Source: a virus. Taken from it: a stretch of DNA of 64,000 nt. The translations under genes were made by a program, and so were the position numbers. Under the pieces are notes generated by a model. The model did no database searches, had not been told where the DNA came from, and saw only the letters and a list, made by a program, of their open reading frames with translations. This document shows positions 20,109 to 30,923 of the stretch, piece by piece (the first letter of the stretch is position 1; the number at the start of each line of letters is the position of its first letter). The DNA is taken from positions 1 through 64,000 of the IMG/VR virus record IMGVR_UViG_3300036823_000156; one strand, 5' to 3'.

Positions 20109-20563
20109 ACGAACTCCTCTGGGTCCTGCACTACCTCGACGACATCCGCAGCGATCTGTCCGTGTACCACAGGATCGAGGATCTGGAATGGATGCCCTCG
20201 GACACCTTCTTCGTGTACGCGGAGCGGATGGGCGCCTACAAGGGCGTGCTGTACGCGCAGATGCAGATCGACGCACAGCAGGCCGGCGTCGCAGCACCAC
20301 CGCAACAGGCTGCGGCCACGCCGAAGCAGCGCTACCGCCCGCACGACGTGATCGAACGGGCGGACGACGGCACGAAGATCCTCAACGGCGTGGCGGTCGA
20401 CGAGGAGGACATTCCACTGTGGACCAAGAAGTTGCCCGGGGCCCAGGGCAAGGTCGAGGTGATCCCCGGGGACATCGGGTCCATCGGGTTCAGCGAGGCG
20501 TTCCGTGGCCAGTTCAGCTACGCACGGGTGAGCAAGCAGGAGCAGGAGGCGGTCGGTGACTAG
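20081..20563 (+). CDS. tail assembly chaperone GT extension via -1 frameshift
   Basis: -1 frame is open from CCCAAAA (20081-20087): PKRRIEERINELLWVLHYLDDIRSDLSVYHRI... Confidence 0.8.
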   Translation, partial: PKRRIEERINELLWVLHYLDDIRSDLSVYHRIEDLEWMPSDTFFVYAERMGAYKGVLYAQMQIDAQQAGVAAPPQQAAATPKQRYRPHDVIERADDGTKILNGVAVDEEDIPLWTKKLPGAQGKVEVIPGDIGSIGFSEAFRGQFSYARVSKQEQEAVGD

Positions 20564-23500
20564 CGCGGGAGGCTCCTCCTCGTTCAAGATCGCCGACGCC
20601 TACGTCCTGGTCGGCGCGAACCTGGACGAGCGCTCCGTCGAGCAGACGGTCACCTCGGCGCAGCGGCAGATCAGCCGGTCCGCGCTGAACCTCAAGGTCA
20701 CGCTGGACAAGCGCAGCCTCAACGACGCCGTCACCACGACGCGGGCGTCGGTCAAGGAACTCGGGACCGATCTCAAGGTCAAGTTGGGGATCAACCTCGA
20801 CGACAAGTCCCTGGCCGACACCGCGTTGGCCGTGGAGGCCGCGGCCGACACGATGAGTCGCACGTCCGGGGTCAACCTGCACGTGGGCCTGGACAACACC
20901 TCGGTGCTGCGCGCGGGCGCCGACCTCAAGGCCGTCACCCGCGTCATGGGCACCCAGGACGCGATCAACCTGCGGGTCAACAGCTCCGGGCTGTCCGAAG
21001 CCGACAACGAGGTGCAGTCCTTTTCCAACCGCTGGACGCGCCTGGCCAAGTTGATCACAGCCGGCGCACTGATCGGCGCCGGTCCGCTCGAAGCGGTCGG
21101 CCTGGCCACGGTCATCGCCGGGTTCGGTGCGCTGGCCATCGCGGCCGAGGCCAGCAACAAGGACGTCAAGGCCTCGTTCAAGGACATGACCGCCTCCGCC
21201 AAGCAGACGGCGGCCGAGGGGTTCTCGCCGGTCATCCCCCAGCTGGTGTCGCTGGGCGAGCAGGCCAAGACCACGATCAGCGGTCTGGAACCCGCCTTCC
21301 AGCGTGCCGGCCTGGCGATCTCGCCGATCCTGGGCACCATCGGCACCGATCTGCTGGAATCCGTGCAACGCGGCGTCGAGGGGGCCGAGCCCCAGCTGAA
21401 CAAGCTGCCGCCGCTGGCCAGCTCGATCGGCAACTCGTTCAACACCCTCGAACACGGTGTCGGCGGGTTCGTCAACAACATCGACGTCAGCAAGGCCGTA
21501 CACGGCTGGGACACGCTGACCGTCGCGGTCGGGCAGCTGCTGCCGGCCCTGTCGATCTTGCTGAACACCGCCGAGCCGGTCGGCTCCGCGCTGTTGCAGA
21601 TCGTGGGCGGCGCGGTCTCCACCCTGTTCCGCGAGATCGGCGAACTCAACCCGGAGATGCAGGCCGCCGGGGCGATCTTCTCCTTCATCGGCCCCGCCAT
21701 CTCGGTGGTCGGGCCGCCGCTGCTGGCGGTCGCCGCCGGCACGCGGCTACTGACCGGTAGCTGGACCGACTTCGCCGGGGCCGGCACCAAGCTCAAGGGC
21801 ATCGTCACCGGCATGCCCGGCATCATCGAGCAGTTGGGCCAGAAGTTCGGCTACACCACGGCCGCCGCCAACCAGGCGGCCAAGGCGTCGGCCGAGGTCG
21901 CGCTGAACACCGCGCTGGAGTCCAAAGCGGTCGACGAGGCCGTCGTCGCCGAGGCGGCCGACGCGGTGGCCCAGGAGGACAGCGCCAAGAACGCGCAGTC
22001 CCTCTCGATCGCCAAGAAGCAACTGGCCGCGTCCACGGTCGAAGCCACCGAGGCGCAGAAGGCGTTCGACGCCACCACCGAGGAGTCCACCTTCGCGATG
22101 GGACCGCTCGGCCTGGCGCTGGGTGTGGTGACGGCCGGACTGCTGCTGTTCTCCGGTCGGTCCAAGGACGCCTCCGAGCCCACCCAGGACCTGACCGCCG
22201 ACCTGGAGCGCCTGGCCGCCGCCGCGCCCGGTGCGACGCAGGGCATCCTGGCCGGCGACCCGGCGCTGCAGAAGCTGATCACGGGCGCCAAGAACGCCGG
22301 TGTCAACGTGCAGGGCCTGCTGTCGGCCTACCAAGGCGGCACCGGCCCGCTGGACGCGTTCACCAAACAGCTGCAGAACCAGCAGAAGCAGCTGGGGGAC
22401 ACGCAGGTGTCGATGTCCTCGGTGACCACCGGGATCAAGCTGGGCAACGACCCGGCCGTGAAGTTCTCCGCCTCCATCGCCCAGTTGGCGGCGGCCGGCA
22501 AGCAGCTGTCGGAGAACAACGTCAAGCTGTCACCGCAGCAGCAGGCGCAGATCGCGCAGTACCGCAACCTCCAGGCCGTCACGGCACAGCTGGGCGTGTC
22601 GCAGAAGGCCCTCGCCGGCAATCAGGCCGCGGGCGCCGCGGTCACGCAGACCACGCAGCAGACGCAGACCCAGTGGAACCACACGATGACCGAGGCCAGC
22701 TCCATCACCTCGGCCTACGGCGGCAACCTCACCAGCACCGCGCTGCAGATGCAGAACTTCGCCGCACAGCAGAAAAACGGCCAGTTCTCGATGGAGGACT
22801 TCGTCAAGGCGCAGGTCACCGCGGCCGGCGGGTTCCTGCAGGCACAGGCACAACAGCAGCAACTCAACGCCGCGGTCACCCAGACCGCCCAAGCCCAGGT
22901 GCAGGCCGGTCAGTCGGTCGCGTCGGCCAAGAACCAGGAGCAGCAGGCGATTCTGCAGGTGGCCGACGCCGAGCACAGCGCGGCACAGTCCGCCGGTGCG
23001 GTCACCGACGCCGAGCACTCCTACCAGCAGTCCATTCAGGCCGTGTCCGACGCGAAAACCGCGGTGGTCAAGGCACAGCAGCAGGAACACACCGCGCAGC
23101 TTCAGTACACACAGGACCTGGCCGCCGCACGCGCCGCCGAACTGGCGCTCTCGGCCGCCCGCAAGCAGGCGGTGCTGGACCTGCAGGCCGAGCAGCGCCA
23201 GGTGCTCGATCAGGGCGACACGGTGGCCCAGGCCGAGTTGCAACTGTTCGACGCACAGCAGGCGGTCAACAACGCCGGCCTGGCCAACAGCACACTGAAG
23301 CTGTCCGACCTGGCCAACACCAAGAACCTCAACACCGCCAACGAACAGTCCTACCAACTGCTGCTCTCGCTGTCCGAGGCGCAGCACGGACTCAACGACG
23401 CCAAGGCCCAACAGGCCCAAGTGGACAGTCAGAACGCCGCCGACCAGAAGAAGGGCGTCTCGGGCAGCCAGGACGTGCTGACCGCGCAGCAGAACATCGC

Positions 23501-25079
23501 CCAGGCGCAGAACCAGGTCCAGCAGTCGCAGCAGCAACTGGTGGACAGCAAGGATTCGGTCGTCAAGGCCAGCCAGTCGGTGGTGCAGGCCCAGTACGCG
23601 GAGAAGCAGGCGCACGACGCGGTCGCCCAGGCCCAGTACGCCGAACAGCAGGCCAACGTGGCGGTCACCCAGGCCAGTTTCGCTTCGCAGCAGGCGACCC
23701 AGGCGTTGGCCTCGGCGAATCTGCAGGCGCAGCAGGCCTCGATCGCCCACAAGACCGCGGTACAGCAGGCCAGCGGATCGATCGACATCAACACCCAGGC
23801 CGGCAACCGCAACGTCACCACCCTGCTGCAACTCTACGACAACCAGATCGCGGCCGGTAAGTCGACCGACCAGGCGCGCACCGCGGTGGAGAAGGAAGGC
23901 GTCCAGCTCGGCATCACCAAGGGCGACGTGGACAAGGTCCTGGGGTCGATCAAGAACATCCAGGGCAAGACCGCGACGTTCGGCGTGGTCGGCACGCCCT
24001 CGGTCAACCTGTCCGAGCTGATCAACGCGGCGAGCAAGCAAGGTCTCAACCCGCGCACGCTGGGCTTCACCACCTCCGAGATCGGCAACGCCCGGGCCAG
24101 CGGGTCGGGCAGCTTCCCGACGCACGGCGCGGCCACCGGTGGCCTGATCAAGGGCCCGGGCACCAGCACGTCGGACTCGATCATGGGAGTCAGCCGCGCG
24201 GGGGTGCCCACGGCCTGGGTGAGCCCGGACGAGTACGTGGTCAACGCCAAGGCCACCTCGATGTTCCTGCCGCAGCTGGAGGCCCTCAACGCCGCCGGGC
24301 TGCCGGGCCGGGCCTCCGGTGGTCTGGCCGGCGACGGCAAGGCGATCGTGTCGGCCAACCTGATGCTGACCGAGGTCGGCGCCATGATGCACTCCGCTCG
24401 CGAGGCCTTCCTCAAATCCGGCATCGCCAGTTCCCTGCCGGACTTCGCGCCCAAGAACCCGCCCGAGCCGGACTTCTCGGCGCTGGGCGCGGGCGGCGAC
24501 ACCGGGTCGCACGGCGCGGCCCAGGCCGCGGCCCAGGCCTACGCGGCGAGCGTGTTGAGTGCGCACGGATGGAGCTCCGCCCAGATGGCTCCCCTGATCA
24601 AACTGTGGAACCAGGAGTCGGGCTGGCAGTGGTGGGCGCTCAACAGCTCCAGTGGCGCCTACGGCATCCCGCAGTCCCTTCCGGCCAGCAAGATGGCGTC
24701 GGCCGGTCCGGACTGGCGCACCAACGCGCGCACGCAGATCAACTGGGGCCTGGGGTACATTCAAGATCGTTACGGCTCGCCAGCAGCGGCATGGGCGCAC
24801 GAGATCGGCTACAACTGGTACGACGAGGGCGGCGTCCTGCCCAAGGGCCTGTCGATGTCGCTGAATCAGACCGGCGCCAACGAGCACAAGGCCGTGTTCA
24901 GCACGGCGCAGTGGAACGCGCTGGGGGCCCTGGCCTCGGCGGTGCAGAGCGGCACGAGCGGCAAGACGGTCCAGATCCACAACCACTTCCTGGTGGAGTC
25001 CATGTCGGTCGCCAACGCCGTCGCGGCGCAGGCCTCGGCACAGACCAGCTGGGACCTCGCGACGAGCCTGGGGGCGTGA
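20556..25079 (+). CDS. tape measure protein with C-terminal lytic transglycosylase-like domain
   Basis: 1507 aa, Ala/Gln-rich; WNQESGW...SSGAYGIPQSLP...QINWGLGYIQDRYG motif. Confidence 0.9.
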   Translation: MTSAGGSSSFKIADAYVLVGANLDERSVEQTVTSAQRQISRSALNLKVTLDKRSLNDAVTTTRASVKELGTDLKVKLGINLDDKSLADTALAVEAAADTMSRTSGVNLHVGLDNTSVLRAGADLKAVTRVMGTQDAINLRVNSSGLSEADNEVQSFSNRWTRLAKLITAGALIGAGPLEAVGLATVIAGFGALAIAAEASNKDVKASFKDMTASAKQTAAEGFSPVIPQLVSLGEQAKTTISGLEPAFQRAGLAISPILGTIGTDLLESVQRGVEGAEPQLNKLPPLASSIGNSFNTLEHGVGGFVNNIDVSKAVHGWDTLTVAVGQLLPALSILLNTAEPVGSALLQIVGGAVSTLFREIGELNPEMQAAGAIFSFIGPAISVVGPPLLAVAAGTRLLTGSWTDFAGAGTKLKGIVTGMPGIIEQLGQKFGYTTAAANQAAKASAEVALNTALESKAVDEAVVAEAADAVAQEDSAKNAQSLSIAKKQLAASTVEATEAQKAFDATTEESTFAMGPLGLALGVVTAGLLLFSGRSKDASEPTQDLTADLERLAAAAPGATQGILAGDPALQKLITGAKNAGVNVQGLLSAYQGGTGPLDAFTKQLQNQQKQLGDTQVSMSSVTTGIKLGNDPAVKFSASIAQLAAAGKQLSENNVKLSPQQQAQIAQYRNLQAVTAQLGVSQKALAGNQAAGAAVTQTTQQTQTQWNHTMTEASSITSAYGGNLTSTALQMQNFAAQQKNGQFSMEDFVKAQVTAAGGFLQAQAQQQQLNAAVTQTAQAQVQAGQSVASAKNQEQQAILQVADAEHSAAQSAGAVTDAEHSYQQSIQAVSDAKTAVVKAQQQEHTAQLQYTQDLAAARAAELALSAARKQAVLDLQAEQRQVLDQGDTVAQAELQLFDAQQAVNNAGLANSTLKLSDLANTKNLNTANEQSYQLLLSLSEAQHGLNDAKAQQAQVDSQNAADQKKGVSGSQDVLTAQQNIAQAQNQVQQSQQQLVDSKDSVVKASQSVVQAQYAEKQAHDAVAQAQYAEQQANVAVTQASFASQQATQALASANLQAQQASIAHKTAVQQASGSIDINTQAGNRNVTTLLQLYDNQIAAGKSTDQARTAVEKEGVQLGITKGDVDKVLGSIKNIQGKTATFGVVGTPSVNLSELINAASKQGLNPRTLGFTTSEIGNARASGSGSFPTHGAATGGLIKGPGTSTSDSIMGVSRAGVPTAWVSPDEYVVNAKATSMFLPQLEALNAAGLPGRASGGLAGDGKAIVSANLMLTEVGAMMHSAREAFLKSGIASSLPDFAPKNPPEPDFSALGAGGDTGSHGAAQAAAQAYAASVLSAHGWSSAQMAPLIKLWNQESGWQWWALNSSSGAYGIPQSLPASKMASAGPDWRTNARTQINWGLGYIQDRYGSPAAAWAHEIGYNWYDEGGVLPKGLSMSLNQTGANEHKAVFSTAQWNALGALASAVQSGTSGKTVQIHNHFLVESMSVANAVAAQASAQTSWDLATSLGA

Positions 25080-25080
25080 C

Positions 25081-25989
25081 ATGGCACCTCCGACCTATCA
25101 GATCGGCAGCTGGCTGGTCGGCGGCGACGGCGGCATCACCGACGCCGCGAACATCATCTGGCGGGTCAACCCACAGGGCACCACCGGCATCTTCGACTCG
25201 GCCGACAACCGCCTCAACCAGACGGTGTTCAACGAGTACGACGGCGCCCAGCGCTCGCGCAACTACGACAACGCGTTGCCCATCACCATCGCCGGCACCG
25301 CGCAGGGTGTCGACTTCGCCTCCGTCGCGGCGGCCCGCCGGGCGTTCGTCGGCATGCTGGCCGGCGGCGGCCAGAAGACCCTGACGGTCACCGACGTCGA
25401 CGGCGCGGTGCTCACGATCACGGTGGAGAAGAACGGGAAACAGCAGGTCACACCGCAGAGCCAGGGTTGCGACTTCGATTGGCAGCTCAACTGCATCGCC
25501 GCCGACCCGCGCAAGTACCTGCCCGACCAGTCGGCCAGCATCGGGCTGCCCAGCAGTTCCGGCGGCCTGAACTGGTCGGCCGGCGGCGGTCTGAACTGGT
25601 CTTCCGGCGGCGGTCTGGACTGGGGGATCGCCGGGTCGAACGGCCTGATTCAGTTGACCAACACCGGCACCGCCGAGGCGTGGCCGGAGTTCCAGTTCTT
25701 CGCACCCACGGACGGATCCACCTTGGTCAATCCGACTGCGGTCAATCAGCTGACCGGCGAGACGCTGAAGTTCGTCGACACGCTGATCCAGGGCGACATC
25801 GTCGATATCAAGTCCTCGATCTACGAGCGGTCGGTGACCAAGAACGGCGTGCCCTACCGACGCAATCTGCAAGTGGCGCAATGGTTCTCCATCGCGCCGG
25901 GCGAGACCATGACGGTGCAGTTCCAGGGCACCGGCACCTCGTCCACCTCCCTGATGACCGCGACCCTGTCGCCCGCCGTGTACGCCTAG
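25081..25989 (+). CDS. distal tail protein (Dit-like)
   Basis: Follows tape measure; 'AADPRKY', 'NTGTAEAWP'. Confidence 0.8.
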   Translation: MAPPTYQIGSWLVGGDGGITDAANIIWRVNPQGTTGIFDSADNRLNQTVFNEYDGAQRSRNYDNALPITIAGTAQGVDFASVAAARRAFVGMLAGGGQKTLTVTDVDGAVLTITVEKNGKQQVTPQSQGCDFDWQLNCIAADPRKYLPDQSASIGLPSSSGGLNWSAGGGLNWSSGGGLDWGIAGSNGLIQLTNTGTAEAWPEFQFFAPTDGSTLVNPTAVNQLTGETLKFVDTLIQGDIVDIKSSIYERSVTKNGVPYRRNLQVAQWFSIAPGETMTVQFQGTGTSSTSLMTATLSPAVYA

Positions 25990-25999
25990 GAGAGACGCG

Positions 26000-27157
26000 A
26001 TGGCACTGACCAACCAGACGATCGGCGGCTCCGGCATCGCGGGCGGCACGTGGACGATTCAATCCACCAACACCGCGATCGTCGGCCGCTTCCACGACCT
26101 GGCCTTCCTGCAGGAGGGCAGCGCCGGGTCGCCGATGCAGAGTGCCCGCACGGGCTGCCTGCCCGGCCCGTCGCTGAGCACCGTGGCGCTGCCCGGGTGC
26201 TTCGGGGTGACGGCCGCGGGCGGCCTGTCCTGCAGCCTGGGGCGCGGATCGGCCTTCGTCGAGCGCAACACGCAGGTCGGCCCGTACAACGTGCACACCG
26301 AGGCCGTCGGCACCGTCACCTTCGGAACGGCCAACGCGACCAATCCCCGGATCGACCGGGTCGACCTCCAGGTCTTCGACGGCGTTCTCGGCGACAACGG
26401 CGGCGTGTCGCTCACCCAGTTCGTGGTGACCCAGGGCACCGCGGCCGGCGTGCCCACGCTGCCGGCCGCACCGACCAACTCGACACCCATGTTCAAGCTC
26501 ACCCTGCCGGCCAACACCGTCACCATCACCTCCGGCATGCTGACCGACATCCGCCGGTCGGCGGGCCTGCGCGGCGCCAAGCGCATGATGCTGAGCGGCG
26601 ACCTGCTCACCGACGTCGGCATCGAAGCCGGCGAACTGCGCGACACCTCGGCCATCCGCACGGTCGGCACGATCGACCGGTGGGACCCGGTCAGCGCCAC
26701 GTGGGTGATGACCGCCGATCTCAGCGCGGCCCAGACCGTGTTCTACAACCCCGCCGTCTCGGTCAATTCGATCACGGACAACACAACCTTCACCGGTTAC
26801 CGCGACACGTCCAGCAACCTGCTGGGCACCGCGTTCGTCGCCCCCGCTTCGGGCAAGGTGGACCTCTCCTTCGGCGCGTCCTTGACCATTAGCCACATCA
26901 CCACCGAGGTCCAGCTCAGTATCAACGTGAACACCGGCTCGACGATCGGTGGTGGTAGTAGCTTCCTGGCCGCGTCGGCCGGCATTTCCGCAGTCGGCAA
27001 GAACACTGACGAAACGATGGTGTCCCGTCATGTGCTAGTCACCGGCTTGACACCGGGATCGACCTACAATGCGTCCTTCACGTGGAAGATGACTTTGTCA
27101 GGAAGCACTGCGACCTCGCAGATTCCGTGGATGCTCGCCAAGCCCATCTTTGTCTGA
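26000..27157 (+). CDS. minor tail protein
   Basis: 'ANATNPRIDRV', 'PTLPAAP', 'ITSGMLTDIR' motifs of actinophage minor tails. Confidence 0.75.
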   Translation: MALTNQTIGGSGIAGGTWTIQSTNTAIVGRFHDLAFLQEGSAGSPMQSARTGCLPGPSLSTVALPGCFGVTAAGGLSCSLGRGSAFVERNTQVGPYNVHTEAVGTVTFGTANATNPRIDRVDLQVFDGVLGDNGGVSLTQFVVTQGTAAGVPTLPAAPTNSTPMFKLTLPANTVTITSGMLTDIRRSAGLRGAKRMMLSGDLLTDVGIEAGELRDTSAIRTVGTIDRWDPVSATWVMTADLSAAQTVFYNPAVSVNSITDNTTFTGYRDTSSNLLGTAFVAPASGKVDLSFGASLTISHITTEVQLSINVNTGSTIGGGSSFLAASAGISAVGKNTDETMVSRHVLVTGLTPGSTYNASFTWKMTLSGSTATSQIPWMLAKPIFV

Positions 27158-27173
27158 TCCCAGGAGTGAATTC

Positions 27174-28397
27174 GTGATTACCACACAGGCCGACCTCGAA
27201 GCCGCCCTGCTCGTCGGGGGCGACGTGATCTGCGACCCGACCGTCACCATCGCGTTGACCGACACGATGGCCGTGGCTCTGCCGACGCGGCTGCTGGGCG
27301 GCACGTTCACGATCGACGCGGGCCCGGCGTTCGAGGTGACCTCCAGCGACGTCGAGATCGGCGGACTCTCGATCGCCGGTGGCATCGGCGGGGGCTTCGA
27401 CGACACCCAGAAGTTGATCTACGTGCTGGGCACCAGCGAGGCGCCGCTGTCGCGCGTGGACATCCACGACTGCCACCTGTCCGACAGCGCGGCGGACAAC
27501 ATCTGGGTCGAGTGGTGCGTCGACTCCACGGTGCACGACAACATCATCGAGCACTACCTCTACAGCGGCATCATGGTCATCTCCGGCAGCGGGCTGACCA
27601 TCGCCGACAACGTGATCTCCGACGCCACCATCGCCGCCGGCCAGCTCAACTGCTACGGCATCGCGCTGACCGACCTCGACAACACCCTCGCGGCGCGCAC
27701 CCACAACTGCTCGGTCGTCGGCAACAGGATCAACCTGATCGACTGGGAGGGCATCGACACCCACGGCGGCACCGACCTGGTCATCACCGGCAACGTGGTG
27801 ACCGCCTGCCACCGCGGCATCGCCCTGGTCACCGGCAACGCGACCCGCGTCACCAGCCCCACCAACTGCGTCGTCTCCGGCAACGTGGTCGACGGCACCG
27901 GTGCCCGGGTGACGCCGGACATCGGCGTGTTCCTGTCCGGCATCTCCGGCCAGCCCGCGTCCGCGACCGTCACCGGCAACCAGGTCGTCGGCTACGACAG
28001 CGCACAGCCCTTCTCCGCGAACTTCTACAACCGGGGTGACACCTACATCGGCGGCAACTCCCGGCCGTTCATGCCGTGGACCGCGGTGCCGCTCGCGACC
28101 GGCTTCACCGGCAACGCCACGTTCCCGCCGATGTACATGGTCGACGGCAACACCGTCTCCTTCCGCGGCGGCGTCGTCCCGCCCGCAGGAGGCATGCCCG
28201 CCAACCCGCAGATCGGCACGCTGGCCAGCGCCGCGTGGCCCGAGCACCGCACCTTCTACGCCACCACCAAGAGCAGCAACGCGGCCGGCGGGATCGGCAC
28301 GCTCAACGTCGACATCGACGGAAAGTTCCGAGTGGACTACGCCTCGACCAGTGACACGTTCACCTGGTGGTTGACCGGAAGCTACCAGGCGATCTGA
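27174..28397 (+). CDS. right-handed beta-helix tail spike / receptor-binding protein
   Basis: Repeated 'VxGNxV/I' parallel beta-helix motifs; tail module. Confidence 0.7.
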   Translation: MITTQADLEAALLVGGDVICDPTVTIALTDTMAVALPTRLLGGTFTIDAGPAFEVTSSDVEIGGLSIAGGIGGGFDDTQKLIYVLGTSEAPLSRVDIHDCHLSDSAADNIWVEWCVDSTVHDNIIEHYLYSGIMVISGSGLTIADNVISDATIAAGQLNCYGIALTDLDNTLAARTHNCSVVGNRINLIDWEGIDTHGGTDLVITGNVVTACHRGIALVTGNATRVTSPTNCVVSGNVVDGTGARVTPDIGVFLSGISGQPASATVTGNQVVGYDSAQPFSANFYNRGDTYIGGNSRPFMPWTAVPLATGFTGNATFPPMYMVDGNTVSFRGGVVPPAGGMPANPQIGTLASAAWPEHRTFYATTKSSNAAGGIGTLNVDIDGKFRVDYASTSDTFTWWLTGSYQAI

Positions 28398-29557
28398 TGA
28401 CCAGTGCGTTCGCGAAGTTCCGGTACTACGCGCTGGTCTACTTCACCGTGACCGGCGAAGTGATCGACGAGATTCCGCTGGCCGGGGTGCCGCAGTGGAT
28501 GACCAAGATCAACGACACGGGCTCGTGGACGATCCAGACCCAGATCGGGACCGACACCTTCGACAGCGGCGGCTGTCTGTCCAAACAGCACCTGCGCGAG
28601 ATCACCGACCCCTGGCGGCATTCCGTCGCCATCTGCTGGGGGACGGGATCGCGCAGCGACTACATCGTGCAGGCCGGGCCGATCACCAGCCGGGCCAACC
28701 TGCAGTCCGGTGCCGGGCAGCCTCCGCTGCTACAGATCGGCGGCCTCGGGCCGTGGGGCGTGCTGCTCAAGACCATGCAGCTGGCCAGCTCGTGGCCCGG
28801 CGTGTCGCTCACGCAGCCCGGCGGGGCCGACACGAACTACACGGACTCGCTGTGGGGCATCGCGACCGACATCCTGACCAACGCGGTGGCGCGCAACCCG
28901 ATCCCCTTGGACATCCCGACCTTCGCCGGTGGCGGCACGAACGTCCGCAACTACTTCGGCTACGACCTCGCGACGGCGGGTCAGCGGCTGCAGGAGCTGA
29001 CCCAGGTCATCGGCGGCCCGGACGTCTATCTGAAGCCGTACTTCTTCGACAACAACCACATCCACCACAATGTCCTCATCGGACAGCCGATGCTGGTCAC
29101 GTCGGGCAATCCGATCGTGTTCGACTATCCCGGGTCGATCAAGCAGATCCTGGAGTCGCTGGACGGTAGCAACCAGGCCACCACCACGTTCGAGAAGGGC
29201 GACGGCATCGAGTACGCGATGCTGTGGGCCCAGTCGATCGACACCACGCTGACCAACGCGGGCTGGCCGAAGCTGGAGACCACCGACAACTCGCACTCCG
29301 ACGTGGTGCTGCAGGCCACCCTGCAGGAGTGGGCCGACGGGCAGCAACAGCTCAACGGCATCGGGGTCACCACCTACGCCATCACCGTCAAGATGGACGA
29401 CCCGGACACGCCCTTCGGCAGTTTCGACCCCGGCTCGCCCGGCATCTACAACGTGCGCGGTCACGCGTGGCTGCCCGACGGCGAACTCCAGCAACGTATC
29501 ATCGGGCTGCAGCAGGGACAGCAGGACTTCGAGTACGTGCACCTGGTAGGGACCTGA
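28397..29557 (+). CDS. minor tail protein (hub/Gp37-like)
   Basis: 'RLQELTQVIGGPD', 'FDYPGSI', 'GWPKLE' motifs. Confidence 0.75.
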   Translation: MTSAFAKFRYYALVYFTVTGEVIDEIPLAGVPQWMTKINDTGSWTIQTQIGTDTFDSGGCLSKQHLREITDPWRHSVAICWGTGSRSDYIVQAGPITSRANLQSGAGQPPLLQIGGLGPWGVLLKTMQLASSWPGVSLTQPGGADTNYTDSLWGIATDILTNAVARNPIPLDIPTFAGGGTNVRNYFGYDLATAGQRLQELTQVIGGPDVYLKPYFFDNNHIHHNVLIGQPMLVTSGNPIVFDYPGSIKQILESLDGSNQATTTFEKGDGIEYAMLWAQSIDTTLTNAGWPKLETTDNSHSDVVLQATLQEWADGQQQLNGIGVTTYAITVKMDDPDTPFGSFDPGSPGIYNVRGHAWLPDGELQQRIIGLQQGQQDFEYVHLVGT

Positions 29558-29558
29558 C

Positions 29559-30356
29559 ATGGTAGCGACACCGGGATTCATCCCGCACTCCAACGACAAT
29601 CCCGTGGTAAAGGCGATCCAACGCACCAACACCAAGATCGACGCGGTGGCCAGCAAGACGTTGCACTCGGTGTCGGTGGTCAACACCAACGGCGAGACCA
29701 TGTTCTCGATCGTGCCCTCGGACTTCGTGGACGAGGACGGGAACCCGATCGTGTCGTTGACGATCAACGATCCGATCTCGGGCTTCGCGATCCTGCGACA
29801 GGAACCGGCTGCCGGCCACGAGAACCCCGACGGCACCATGGAGGGCACCAACTGGTTCTGGCACATGGACGACGCGGCCGACAACCGTCTGGTGGCCACC
29901 GACGGCCTGGCCGGCAAGGGGCTGGCGCTGCCCTACTTCGACGTGTCGATGTACCGGCAGTGGACACCGACCCAGTCCGCCACGCCCAGCTCGATCGGCA
30001 ACAACTACGCCACCGTGGCCGCCAGCCTGGTCGCCGGGGCGGGCCTGCAGTACCTGATGTGGGAGGGGCGCGTCGGTTACTGTTCGCACCCCTTCATCAG
30101 CGTCAACGGCATCTGGGGCAATTCGAGCGGGGGCTCCGCGGTGCCGACCTACACCCTCGTGATGGACGGCGTCACGGTCGGCTCGTGGACGGCCAGCAGC
30201 TTCGGCGTGGTCCTGCACGAGTTCGACTGCTCCGACATCATCGGCAACATCGACATCCAGACCCAGCTGTTCATGCACTCGTCGGTCAGCAGCAGCGACC
30301 AGCTGGCCTGCGCCATGCTCGGCACGCACCTACGCCAGTCGCCAGCGGCCAGCTGA
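29559..30356 (+). CDS. minor tail protein
   Basis: Last rightward gene; 'GLALPY' motif. Confidence 0.6.
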   Translation: MVATPGFIPHSNDNPVVKAIQRTNTKIDAVASKTLHSVSVVNTNGETMFSIVPSDFVDEDGNPIVSLTINDPISGFAILRQEPAAGHENPDGTMEGTNWFWHMDDAADNRLVATDGLAGKGLALPYFDVSMYRQWTPTQSATPSSIGNNYATVAASLVAGAGLQYLMWEGRVGYCSHPFISVNGIWGNSSGGSAVPTYTLVMDGVTVGSWTASSFGVVLHEFDCSDIIGNIDIQTQLFMHSSVSSSDQLACAMLGTHLRQSPAAS

Positions 30357-30923
30357 TCACAGAACCTGGGCGAACATCACACCGCGTGGCGTGGGCAGAT
30401 AGATCGGTCGCAGCAATCCCTCCTGCGCCAGTCGCTCCACGTCGGGGCGCACGGGGTGCTGCGGTCCACAATCGTGGAAGCCGACGATCGCGTCATGAGC
30501 CATGCGAACACGCAACGTGCGGAACTCCTGCTGCCGTAGATGTGTCAATGAGTCGAACCAGGCGAAACCGATCGGTGGTGTTTCATCAGACAGGTTGGCG
30601 TGCAGAGAGCTCTTGTGCAGCACGGTCACCGGTAGTCCGCGCACCCGGTCGGCGGACAGCACGACGCGGTTAGCGTCAGTTTCGTAGGTGTACAGGCGCC
30701 CGTGGCCGTTGGCTCGCAGAGCATCACCGATGTACCAAGCGGTCTGCCCGAACGCCGTGCCGGTCTCCACCACCGTCTCGGGCTGCAGGGCGCGCACGAA
30801 GGCGCCAACCAGCTCGCTGACCTCGATCTCGGTCGAGTCGCTGTCGGTCGAGTGCCAGTATTCGGGATATGGACAGTCCGGTCGGGCCGGTGTCCATCGG
30901 GATTCGGGGACGATCGTCACCAT
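30357..30923 (-). CDS. class I SAM-dependent methyltransferase (Methyltransf_24-like)
   Basis: VVETGTAFGQT motif I, 'FAWFDS.H', 'VGFHD'. Confidence 0.8.
   Translation of the reverse strand: MVTIVPESRWTPARPDCPYPEYWHSTDSDSTEIEVSELVGAFVRALQPETVVETGTAFGQTAWYIGDALRANGHGRLYTYETDANRVVLSADRVRGLPVTVLHKSSLHANLSDETPPIGFAWFDSLTHLRQQEFRTLRVRMAHDAIVGFHDCGPQHPVRPDVERLAQEGLLRPIYLPTPRGVMFAQVL

Noticed and set aside
10154-25082. Long antisense or alternate-frame ORFs (e.g. 10154..12406, 12264..14135, 22530..25082, and the N-terminal part of 8621..12340)
   Set aside because: These are shadow ORFs from high GC3 codon bias overlapping well-supported genes.
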